DNA of 64,000 bases, taken from Oscillospiraceae bacterium. Lineage in GTDB: Bacteria; Bacillota; Clostridia; Oscillospirales; Ruminococcaceae. Shown piece by piece: positions 25,011-32,975 of this stretch (positions are counted from its first letter, which is position 1; every line of letters begins with the position of its first letter). The position numbers and the translations under genes are program-made. The notes beneath the pieces were generated by a model that ran no database searches, was not told the origin of the DNA, and saw only the letters and a list, made by a program, of their open reading frames with translations. Location: the NCBI GenBank assembly GCA_022769565.1, contig JALEJQ010000008.1:15833-79832 (forward strand), in the 5' to 3' direction.

Positions 25011-26676
25011 AGACCTTCTGCCCCTCCTCTGTAAGCTCTCTTAAAATGATCCTTATCTCACCGTTTTCAAGGCGTGAATTAACATATTTTCTCCAGTTTT
25101 TATCGTCCTTTTCGGGGTAGTCAAGGTTTTCCGCAAAGCTGTGCCAGCGTGTTTCCTGCCGTGCTTTAAGATGTGCGATAACGCTTCGGCACACCGTCAG
25201 ACGTTCACGCAGCTCGTAAATATACATAAGCTCCTGAAAATCGTCGGCGTGAAGTCCGTCAGAAAGTGCTTCAATGCGGCGTATCTGTTCATCGGCAAGT
25301 TCAAGCTGCTTTTCGTTGAAGCGGTAGTTTGTCTTTATGCCGCCTGCATAGGAATCCATAACTGTCTGCATAGCTTCTTCAAGCTGTTCGGCAGTAAAAC
25401 GGGAGCGGTTTTCTCCCGTAAAGCGTTCTATCTCAGCAGCGTGGGCGTTTATCTCCCTTTCTTCAATGGGAGCGCCGCTGTTTTCCGCAATATATTCCGC
25501 TGCGGAAAGCGCCGCTATCTCGCCCTCGGCAAGTGCGCCCGTAACATACTTCTGAGGGCAGCCCCCTGCAACGTCACCTGCCGCAAACAGACCCTTTATG
25601 GTGGTTGCTCTTTTTGTGTCCACCCAGTAGCCGCTTGCTGTGTGTCCGCCCACTATGTAAGGCTCTGTGCCCTCTATTTCAACGTTCTGTTCCGAGGGCT
25701 TTTTGCCGCTTTCTATCCAGCGTATGGTCTGTGAGGGAGCCATGTTAAGATATGCTTTAAGCAGGGATTCCTCCTTTTCGGGGGAGATGCCTTCGGTTTT
25801 AAGGTAACAGGGACCTCTGCCCTCGATGTTTTCCATAACGGTTCCGTAAACTCTTTCGGAGGTGGTAAGACCGTACTTGGTTTCGTAGATCTCGCCGAGA
25901 GAATTTATCTGCTTTGCGCCTGCGCCCTGTGCAAGAGTACCCGTTGGAGCGATGGTGTCCTTGCAGCGCAGAGCGATGAAACGCATTTCAAAGGTGGTCA
26001 TTTCTGCACCGTGCTTTATACCCATTGCATAGCCTGCACCGGTGTTGAAGGGGGGATACCACATCTTATGCCGTGAAAAGCCCGGGTTGTTTGGCTTGTA
26101 CAGACCTGCCGCACCGCCCGTTGCGATAATTACCGCATTTGCTTCTATAACGTAAAAAGTATCGTTTTCTATGCCTATACCGAAAGCACCGTTTATTTTG
26201 TTGTCATAAACGGAAAAGTCGGTGATGTTAACACGGTTCAGCACCGTAACATTCGGCAGCTTGCTTACTGCATCCGCAAGGATAGGCTTGATGTTTTCGC
26301 CGTTTATTTTTATGTTGCGGTTTCCTCTGGCAACGTATTTTCCGTTTTCATCTTTAAGGATAACAAGTCCAAGCTGTTCAAGCCGCTCGGTTACCTTGTT
26401 AAGGCGTTCAGACATAGTGTAAAGCAGGTCGTCGCGCACAATGCCGTCGGCGTCCTTTCTTGCATAGTCAACATAGTCCTTCGGCGTTCTGCCCTCGGTG
26501 ATGTAGGCGTTGAGGGCGTTCACACCTGCGGCAAGACAGCCGCTTCGCTTAATGTTCGCCTTTTCGCAGATAAGCACCCTTGCATCTGAATTTTCCGCAA
26601 GGGTAAGAGCCGCATAACAGCCTGCCGTTCCGCCGCCGATAATAAGTATATCAGTTTTAAGTCGTTCTGTTTTCAT
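24994..26676 (-). CDS. aprA: FAD flavoprotein, adenylylsulfate (APS) reductase alpha-like
   Basis: TDILIIGGGTAGC dinucleotide fold. KRSGCLAAGVNALNAYI and DYVDYARKD...VRDDL parallel remembered AprA blocks. Located between trxB and cysDN. Confidence 0.65.
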   Translation of the reverse strand: MKTERLKTDILIIGGGTAGCYAALTLAENSDARVLICEKANIKRSGCLAAGVNALNAYITEGRTPKDYVDYARKDADGIVRDDLLYTMSERLNKVTERLEQLGLVILKDENGKYVARGNRNIKINGENIKPILADAVSKLPNVTVLNRVNITDFSVYDNKINGAFGIGIENDTFYVIEANAVIIATGGAAGLYKPNNPGFSRHKMWYPPFNTGAGYAMGIKHGAEMTTFEMRFIALRCKDTIAPTGTLAQGAGAKQINSLGEIYETKYGLTTSERVYGTVMENIEGRGPCYLKTEGISPEKEESLLKAYLNMAPSQTIRWIESGKKPSEQNVEIEGTEPYIVGGHTASGYWVDTKRATTIKGLFAAGDVAGGCPQKYVTGALAEGEIAALSAAEYIAENSGAPIEEREINAHAAEIERFTGENRSRFTAEQLEEAMQTVMDSYAGGIKTNYRFNEKQLELADEQIRRIEALSDGLHADDFQELMYIYELRERLTVCRSVIAHLKARQETRWHSFAENLDYPEKDDKNWRKYVNSRLENGEIRIILRELTEEGQKVYEHCD

Positions 26677-26693
26677 AATTAATTCCTTTTTTT

Positions 26694-26767
26694 GAGTTTT
26701 GTGGTTTCCGTAAGGAAATCGAGGCGGCAGCCGAAGAAACAAAACTCGAAGTTTGAATTTCAAACTT
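26694..26767 (-). repeat. intercistronic structured element (pair with 31818-31900)
   Basis: GAGTTTTGT...ACAAAACTC stem enclosing TTTCCGTAAGGAAA and CGAGGCGGCAGCCGAAG, plus a second small hairpin. Lies between the trxB stop and the aprA start. Confidence 0.7.
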
Positions 26768-27682
26768 TTACCGCCTGTTCTCCGTCAGATACTTCTGAAC
26801 GGAAGAAATACTGTTTGCACCGTCCGCAGCTGCAGTTATTACCTGCCGAAGAGCCTTTGTCCGCACATCTCCTGCGGCGAAAATGCCCTTTGCGGAGGTA
26901 ACGCAGTCCTCTCCTGCAATAATATACCCGTTTGCATCAAGCTCGGCAATGCCCTTTAATGCTCCGCTATTTGGTATAGTGCCGACTGCCGCAAAAACGC
27001 TGTGAACGGGAAGAGCTTCTTCCTGTCCGTTACGGCTTATCCGCAGGGCTTCCACACGTTTTTCTCCCGTTATTTCAAGGGGAACGGCGTTAAGGATAAT
27101 TTCAATATTGCTTACCTCCGACACCTGCTTCTGAAGCAGCCTGTTTGCACGGAAAGTATCTCTGCGGTGGATAAGATATACCTTTTCGGCAGCTTTGGAA
27201 AGATATAAAGCGTCCCCGAGAGCCGTATCTCCGCCGCCTATGACCGCAGCGGTCTTGCCCTTGCAGAAAGCTCCGTCGCATACTGCGCAGTAGGACACGC
27301 CTTTGCCGGAAAACTCCGCTTCGCCCTTTATATCAAGCCTGCGGTGGGAGGCTCCTGCGGCGTAAACTATGGTTTTTGTTTCAAAAGCCGTTCCGTCTGC
27401 AAGAGTTACCTTATAACCGCTGTTTTCCGCAGAAATTTCCGAAACCTCACCCTCGTAAAACTCCGTTCCAAGAGCTTCGGCGTGGGATCTGAACCTTTCG
27501 CCGAGGTCAAAGCCGTTTTCGCCGTAAAGTCCGAGATAATTGTCCACACGCTCGCTTTCGGCTATCTGTCCCGTGCCGCCGTATTCCTTTTCGATAAGGA
27601 TAAAATCAAGCTCCGCACGTTTTGCGTAGACTGCGGCAGAAAGTCCTGCAGGACCGCTTCCGATGATTATGGTATCGTACAT
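26768..27682 (-). CDS. trxB: thioredoxin-disulfide reductase
   Basis: IIIGSGPAGLSAAVYA, redox-active CAVCDG, and GGGDTA NADPH motif. Confidence 0.9.
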   Translation of the reverse strand: MYDTIIIGSGPAGLSAAVYAKRAELDFILIEKEYGGTGQIAESERVDNYLGLYGENGFDLGERFRSHAEALGTEFYEGEVSEISAENSGYKVTLADGTAFETKTIVYAAGASHRRLDIKGEAEFSGKGVSYCAVCDGAFCKGKTAAVIGGGDTALGDALYLSKAAEKVYLIHRRDTFRANRLLQKQVSEVSNIEIILNAVPLEITGEKRVEALRISRNGQEEALPVHSVFAAVGTIPNSGALKGIAELDANGYIIAGEDCVTSAKGIFAAGDVRTKALRQVITAAADGANSISSVQKYLTENRR

Positions 27683-27686
27683 TTTA

Positions 27687-28112
27687 TTATTCCTTTTCCG
27701 TTTTTTCTATAACAAGCCCCTCATTTTCCGCAGTATCGCCGCTTATTTTAAAGGAGTTGAGAACGGGAGAGTTCCTGTCCATAAGAGAAAGAATAAGGTA
27801 GCTTGCCTTGCTGTCGAAAGCCAGCCGCTTATCCTCTTCCGAAGGCCTTGAGGGGGATTCGGGGTGTGAATGCCAGTTTCCGAGAGGCACAAGTCCCTCC
27901 GCCCTCATATCCTTTACCGCCGCAAGCTGTTCTTTCGGGTCAAGGGAAAAATGCTCGTTGGAATGGTCGGTGTTGGTGAGAAGATAGACCTTCCGTATGA
28001 GCTTTTCATCGCCCTTTATCTCTCCGGCAATAAGTCCGCAGGCTTCTTCCGGCAGACAGCTTTCGGCGTGCTTTAGAATTATTATGTAATCCGATTCCGA
28101 TATTTTTATCAT
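27687..28112 (-). CDS. JAMM/MPN+ metalloprotease (HcyD/Mec-like)
   Basis: E...HSHPESPSRPSEED matches the JAMM H-x-H-x7-S-xx-D motif. 4-nt overlap with the ThiF-like gene. Confidence 0.8.
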   Translation of the reverse strand: MIKISESDYIIILKHAESCLPEEACGLIAGEIKGDEKLIRKVYLLTNTDHSNEHFSLDPKEQLAAVKDMRAEGLVPLGNWHSHPESPSRPSEEDKRLAFDSKASYLILSLMDRNSPVLNSFKISGDTAENEGLVIEKTEKE

Positions 28113-28921
28113 AAGTGTACTCCGTCACATTCAGCCTGCTCGTAATCGATAAGCTCCGTAATAGTGGGATGCTCGCCGCATACTGCGCAGTTTTTTGTTT
28201 CCGCAGGCAGCTTTACCTTGCGGAATTCCATTTTAAGCGCATCGTATGTGAGAAGATAACCCGTAAGAAGATCGCCGACTCCGAGAATGTATTTTATTGC
28301 TTCCATAGCCTGCAAGCTGCCTATTACGCCGCCCATTGCGCCTATTACGCCTGCCTGCTTACAGGTGGGAACAGCGTCCTTCGGGGGTGGTTCTTTGAAT
28401 ACACAGCGGTAACAGGGTCCCTGTCCGGGAACGTAGGTCATAAGCTGACCCTTGAAGCGTATGATACCGGCGTGTGAGAAGGGCTTTTTCGCCATAACGC
28501 AGGCGTCGTTGATAAGGAACTTTGCAGGGAAATTGTCCGTGCCGTCAATAATGAAGTCGTAATCTGCAATAAGCTCCATAATATTTTCGCTTGTAACAAA
28601 GGTGCGGTAGGTGTTTACCTTAACATCGGGGTTCATAGCCTCCATAGTTTCCTTTGCGGACTGTACCTTTGCCTTGCCAACGTCCTTTGTGGCGTGGATT
28701 ATCTGCCGCTGGAGGTTGGAGAGGTCAACTTCGTCTGCGTCTGCAATGCCGATGGTGCCTATACCTGCCGCCGCAAGATACATTGCCGCAGGAGCGCCCA
28801 GACCGCCTGCTCCGATAATAAGCACCTTTGCATTCAGCAGCTTTTTCTGACCCTTTGCGCCAACTTCTTTAAGAATTATGTGGCGTGAGTAGCGTTCAAG
28901 CTGATCGTTTGTAAAAGCCAT
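28109..28921 (-). CDS. ThiF/MoeB/HesA-family E1-like adenylyltransferase (HcyF-like)
   Basis: RYSRHIIL..., GAGGLGAP nucleotide loop, DLSNLQRQ, and two CxxC pairs (CYRC, CAVC). Confidence 0.85.
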   Translation of the reverse strand: MAFTNDQLERYSRHIILKEVGAKGQKKLLNAKVLIIGAGGLGAPAAMYLAAAGIGTIGIADADEVDLSNLQRQIIHATKDVGKAKVQSAKETMEAMNPDVKVNTYRTFVTSENIMELIADYDFIIDGTDNFPAKFLINDACVMAKKPFSHAGIIRFKGQLMTYVPGQGPCYRCVFKEPPPKDAVPTCKQAGVIGAMGGVIGSLQAMEAIKYILGVGDLLTGYLLTYDALKMEFRKVKLPAETKNCAVCGEHPTITELIDYEQAECDGVHL

Positions 28922-29127
28922 TATCTGCCGCCTCCCATGAAATAGAGAAATTCAACGCTGTCGCCGTCCTTGATGACAGTTGAATCAAAGGCACCGCTTT
29001 CAATGAATTCATCGTTGATGGTGACCGTTACATACTGGGGTGTTTCCACATTTTCCTGCTCAATGAGCTGCGCTACCGTAAGGCCGTCAGCAGCTTCTTT
29101 TTTTACTCCTGCAACTGTGATATTCAT
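28921..29127 (-). CDS. ThiS/MoaD-family sulfur-carrier protein with C-terminal GGGR (HcyS-like)
   Basis: 68 aa, beta-grasp size. Ends ...VEFLYFMGGGR, so one residue lies beyond the Gly-Gly. The stop overlaps the E1 start. Confidence 0.75.
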   Translation of the reverse strand: MNITVAGVKKEAADGLTVAQLIEQENVETPQYVTVTINDEFIESGAFDSTVIKDGDSVEFLYFMGGGR

Positions 29128-29141
29128 AATGATCTCTCCTG

Positions 29142-29459
29142 TTATTTAAGATTTTCTATTACTGCCGCAATATCGGCTTTTTTTATTGGACTTCCAAGTC
29201 TTGAAACTTCATCGCCGTTTTTAAAGAATACGATAGTGGGAACGGAGGTTACCCCGTACTGCTCCGCAAGCTCCGTATCAAAGTTGATGTTTATCTTAAC
29301 TGCAAAAACGCTTTCGCTGTACTCCTCTTCTATCTCCGCAAGGACGGGTGAGAGCCGCTTGCAGGGAACGCAGCTGTCGGAATAAAAATCCGCAAGCACC
29401 AGTCCCTTTGCCTGCAGCACCTCGCCGCCGAAGTTTTCTCCGCTTACACGAACAGCCAT
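29142..29459 (-). CDS. thioredoxin (CVPC active site)
   Basis: 105 aa. FYSDSCVPCKRLSP sits at the canonical WCGPC position. The C-terminal VPT...F block is thioredoxin-like. Confidence 0.8.
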   Translation of the reverse strand: MAVRVSGENFGGEVLQAKGLVLADFYSDSCVPCKRLSPVLAEIEEEYSESVFAVKININFDTELAEQYGVTSVPTIVFFKNGDEVSRLGSPIKKADIAAVIENLK

Positions 29460-29705
29460 TTAATCACCGACCTTTTTTACAATAAGTGTGAATGTTCCGT
29501 CGCCGTTGTCGTTAAGTTTAAGTATCTGGTGACCCTCTTCCTTAATGCTTCTCGGCACGTTCTGTACGGGTTCGCCGTCATTCATTCTTACCGCAAGTAT
29601 CTGCCCGTCGTCAAGCTCTTCAAGCGCAACCTTTGCCTTTACAAAAGTCGTGGGGCAGACCACATCGGTTATATCCACGCTGTCGTCAATATTGAAATCA
29701 GCCAT
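29460..29705 (-). CDS. TusA/SirA-like sulfurtransferase
   Basis: 81 aa. DITDVVCPTTFVKAKVAL sits where TusA has D..G..CP.P..K. Confidence 0.65.
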   Translation of the reverse strand: MADFNIDDSVDITDVVCPTTFVKAKVALEELDDGQILAVRMNDGEPVQNVPRSIKEEGHQILKLNDNGDGTFTLIVKKVGD

Positions 29706-30558
29706 TGTAAACCTCCATTATCATCTCTGTGAATTTATCTTTTCCCACTCTGTCAAGAGTGAACTTGAATCTTTCGCCGGGATTTGCGTTCTCTGCAAAG
29801 AACTCAATTGCAGCGTCGCATATCGCAAGCAGCTTTTCCTTGTCCTCAATAAAGGGTATAACCGCTTCGCCCTTGCTTATGCTGTTGCCGAAAAGTCCGC
29901 CGAAGGAAACTATGTAGCCGTGAACGGTGTCCCAGGCTTCTGTGGGGCAGGACTTGACACATCTTCCGCAGAAATTGCACTTGCTCTCGTCAACGGTTAT
30001 TTTGCCGTCCTTTATTTCAATTGCACCGCTGCGGCAAGCCTTTTCGCACACTCCGCAGCTTATGCAGGCGTCCTCTTTCCATTTTACCTTTATGCCGCCC
30101 TTGATGCCAAGGTCGTTTTCCTCTGCTTTAAGGCAGTTGTTCTGACAGCCTGTGATGCCGAACTTGAACTTGTGGGGAAGCTCCCTTGCAAAATATCTTT
30201 CGTCAAGCTCCTTTGCAAGAGCGTAGGTGTCGATACAGCCGCTTGGACATATAGCCTCGCCCTGACAGGCTGTAACGGTGCGCACTCTCGGACCGCATAC
30301 TCCCGGTTCAACGCCGCCCTCGGCAAGAGCAGCCTTTACCTCGTCAATGTCGTCAAGCTTGATGAAGGGTATCTCCACGCTCTGTCTTGATGTAAGATGA
30401 ACGTGACCGTCGCCGAATTTTTCCGCAACCTCCGCAATTTTCGCAAGCTGAACGGCGCTCAGATTTCCTCCCACAACTCTCAGCCTGAGAGAAAAGTTAT
30501 TCTTCTGCTTCTGGCGCATAAAGCCGCCCTTTTTAAGTGTAGCGTAATCAACAGCCAT
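29698..30558 (-). CDS. small siroheme/[4Fe-4S] sulfite reductase with ferredoxin insert
   Basis: Siroheme-cluster cysteines TACQGEAIC (C-x5-C) and GCQNNC (C-x3-C). Ferredoxin insert CISCGVCEKAC...CNFCGRCVKSCP. Confidence 0.75.
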   Translation of the reverse strand: MAVDYATLKKGGFMRQKQKNNFSLRLRVVGGNLSAVQLAKIAEVAEKFGDGHVHLTSRQSVEIPFIKLDDIDEVKAALAEGGVEPGVCGPRVRTVTACQGEAICPSGCIDTYALAKELDERYFARELPHKFKFGITGCQNNCLKAEENDLGIKGGIKVKWKEDACISCGVCEKACRSGAIEIKDGKITVDESKCNFCGRCVKSCPTEAWDTVHGYIVSFGGLFGNSISKGEAVIPFIEDKEKLLAICDAAIEFFAENANPGERFKFTLDRVGKDKFTEMIMEVYNG

Positions 30559-30573
30559 ATCAATTTCCTCCGT

Positions 30574-31797
30574 TTATTTTTTTGCAGCCTGTGCAAAATC
30601 CTCAATAAGATCCTCCGGATCTTCAATTCCTATGCTTACCCTTATGGAATCATCGTAAACTCCGGCGCTTTCCTTCTGCTGCGGCGTGCTGTGGGTGTAA
30701 ATAGTGCTTGCAGGGTGTATAACAAGCGTCCGCACATCGCCGATGTTTGTGGCAATTGAAGCGTACCGCAGAGAATTTATCAGCTTAAAGGCATTTTCCT
30801 TGCTGCCTGCCCGAACAGTCAGTATCGCTCCGCCTTTTCCGCCGAACTGCTCCTTTACAAGTCCGTAATAGGGGTTGTCGGGAAGTGCGGGATAGTTGAC
30901 CTCTATTCCGGGAACGTCTTTAAGATATTCCGCAAGTTTTAAAGCGTTGGAACAGATGCGCTCCATTCGCAGCCCCAGAGTTTCAAGTCCTACCGAGTTG
31001 AGAAAAGCATTTGCAGGCGCAAGACAGCAGCCTGTGTTTCGCCATATGCCGTTCCTCAGCTTTGCAAGATAAGCCAGCTTGCCGAATTTTTCATAGCCTT
31101 CAAAGCCGGGGTACCTTGAAGTGTCCCATTTGAAGCTGCCGCTGTCGATCACAACGCCGCTTATTGCGTTTCCGCCGCCGTTTATGTACTTTGAAGAGGA
31201 GTGGACAACAATGTCTGCGCCGTATTCAAAGGGATGGATAAGATAGGGCGTTGCGGTAGTGCTGTCGGCGATAAGCGGTATGCCGCGGCTGTGTGCAAGC
31301 TCCGCAACAGACTTCACATCAACAACGTTCAGCTTGGGATTTCCGATAAGCTCAGTAAATACAGCCTTGGTTTTATCCGTTATAAGAGGCTCTATGCTTT
31401 CCGCAGTAACATCGTCCGTGAATCTTGTCGTTATACCGAATGCTTCAAGGTCTTTAAACAGGTCAAGAGTTCCTCCGAACAATCCCGAACCTGCGATTAT
31501 CTCATCACCCGATTGCAGAATGTTCAGCAAAGACATTGTAACAGCCGCCATGCCCGATGAACAGGCAACTGCGCCGATACCGTTTTCCAGAGCGGATATC
31601 CTTTTTTCAAAGGAATCAACCGTTGGATTGCTTATCCTTGAATAAGCGTAGCCGTAAGCCTTGCTGTTGAATACCGCTTCCAGCTTTTCCGCCGACTCGT
31701 GTGCAAAAGCGCTTGTCTGACAGACAGGCATTACCGTTGCACCCGTTGCAGGATCTCCGCTGAAGCTCTTATGCAGCAGAGCAGTATTGAAATTCAT
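30574..31797 (-). CDS. metY: O-acetylhomoserine sulfhydrylase-type PLP enzyme
   Basis: Cys/Met-metabolism PLP family: YSRISNPT, SSGMAA, and the PLP lysine block HSSSKYINGGGN. Confidence 0.85.
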   Translation of the reverse strand: MNFNTALLHKSFSGDPATGATVMPVCQTSAFAHESAEKLEAVFNSKAYGYAYSRISNPTVDSFEKRISALENGIGAVACSSGMAAVTMSLLNILQSGDEIIAGSGLFGGTLDLFKDLEAFGITTRFTDDVTAESIEPLITDKTKAVFTELIGNPKLNVVDVKSVAELAHSRGIPLIADSTTATPYLIHPFEYGADIVVHSSSKYINGGGNAISGVVIDSGSFKWDTSRYPGFEGYEKFGKLAYLAKLRNGIWRNTGCCLAPANAFLNSVGLETLGLRMERICSNALKLAEYLKDVPGIEVNYPALPDNPYYGLVKEQFGGKGGAILTVRAGSKENAFKLINSLRYASIATNIGDVRTLVIHPASTIYTHSTPQQKESAGVYDDSIRVSIGIEDPEDLIEDFAQAAKK

Positions 31798-31817
31798 ATT
31801 TTAAATCATTCCTTTTT

Positions 31818-31900
31818 GAGTTTTGTGGTTTGCGAAGCAAATCGAGGCGACAGCCGAAGAAACAAAACTCGGAGTTTAAAAATCGAAGATTTTTAAATTT
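31818..31900 (-). repeat. intercistronic structured element (pair with 26694-26767)
   Basis: Same GAGTTTTGT...ACAAAACTC frame, with inner hairpin TTTGCGAAGCAAA (compensated relative to TTTCCGTAAGGAAA). Lies between the cysA stop and the metY start. Confidence 0.7.
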
Positions 31901-31916
31901 ATCACCGATTTCTGTT

Positions 31917-32975
31917 TTAGATAAATACCGATTCTTCCTGAATAGTCTTGTTTTCAAGAAGATAGGTCTTTTCGCCTGCCGTAACGAACATACGGTATAT
32001 GAACACATCTACCTTTTCTCCGACGGAAACAACATTTTCATCAAAGCCCCGTCTTGCGTTAAGAAGTACGCCGTTGACCCTGACGGAAAGCTCTATGCTG
32101 CTTCCTCTGAATGATACCCGTTCCACAACTCCCTCGGAGGAGGAGCTTCTGTATTTCTGCACCTCGTTTTTCTTTGATACCTTGATAAATTCGGGGCGCA
32201 CTATGGCGTTTTCCGCTCCCTCGATCTTGTCAAAGGTGTGGAAGCTGCCGTACTCCTTGAAAATGGAGGGCTGACCGAAAAATGAAGCGGTAAAAGCGGT
32301 CTCGGGCTTGCTGTAGACCTCCGCAGGAGTGCCTATCTGCTCGATGCGTCCCTTGTTTGTAATGATTATCTCATCCGCAACCTCTATGGCTTCGTCCTGG
32401 TCGTGGGTAACGAAAATGCTTGTTACTCCCAGCTTGCTTATCATATCCTTCAGCCAGCTGCGAAGCTCCTGCCTGACCTTTGCGTCAATGGCGGCAAAGG
32501 GTTCGTCAAGAAGCAGCAGCTTGGGGTTAGGAGCAAGTGCTCTTGCAAAAGCAACTCTCTGCCGCTGACCGCCTGAAAGCTGACTTGGATAACGCTTTTC
32601 CAGCCCTTCAAGTCCTATGAGCTTCACAAGCTCGGAAACTCTTTCTTTTATGAACTCCTTGTCCTTTTTCTGCACCTTTAGTCCGAAGGCAATGTTGTCG
32701 TAAACCGTCATATAGCGGAAAAGGGCGTAATTCTGGAACACAAAGCCTATGCCTCTTTCGCTTGCGGGAACGTTGTTCACTACCTTGCCGTTAATGATTA
32801 TCTCGCCGCTGTCGGGCGTTTCAAGACCTGCTATCATTCGGAGAATGGTGGTCTTGCCGCTGCCGCTGGGACCTAAAAGTCCTATCAGCTTGCCCTCTTC
32901 AATGCCGAAGCTTACGTTGTCGGAGGCTTTGTAGCTGCCGAAATTTTTATTTATGTTTTTCAGTTCAACGTACAT
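31917..32975 (-). CDS. cysA: sulfate/thiosulfate ABC transporter ATP-binding protein
   Basis: Walker A GPSGSGKTT, signature LSGGQRQR, Walker B LLLDEP, and a C-terminal regulatory TOBE-like domain. Confidence 0.9.
   Translation of the reverse strand: MYVELKNINKNFGSYKASDNVSFGIEEGKLIGLLGPSGSGKTTILRMIAGLETPDSGEIIINGKVVNNVPASERGIGFVFQNYALFRYMTVYDNIAFGLKVQKKDKEFIKERVSELVKLIGLEGLEKRYPSQLSGGQRQRVAFARALAPNPKLLLLDEPFAAIDAKVRQELRSWLKDMISKLGVTSIFVTHDQDEAIEVADEIIITNKGRIEQIGTPAEVYSKPETAFTASFFGQPSIFKEYGSFHTFDKIEGAENAIVRPEFIKVSKKNEVQKYRSSSSEGVVERVSFRGSSIELSVRVNGVLLNARRGFDENVVSVGEKVDVFIYRMFVTAGEKTYLLENKTIQEESVFI

Noticed and set aside
24696-26676. AprAB as evidence of dissimilatory sulfate respiration
   Set aside because: No dsrAB, dsrC or qmo genes are in the window. 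The genes are embedded between trxB and cysDN in an operon that ends in homocysteine synthesis, so an assimilatory role is more parsimonious.
31798-31916. Expected S-box (SAM-I), T-box or other known Met/Cys riboswitch ahead of metY and, at 35683-35870, ahead of sbp
   Set aside because: I could not find the conserved S-box or T-box sequence blocks by eye, and both leaders are too short (about 120 and 190 nt). Only the repeat element and the palindrome are present.
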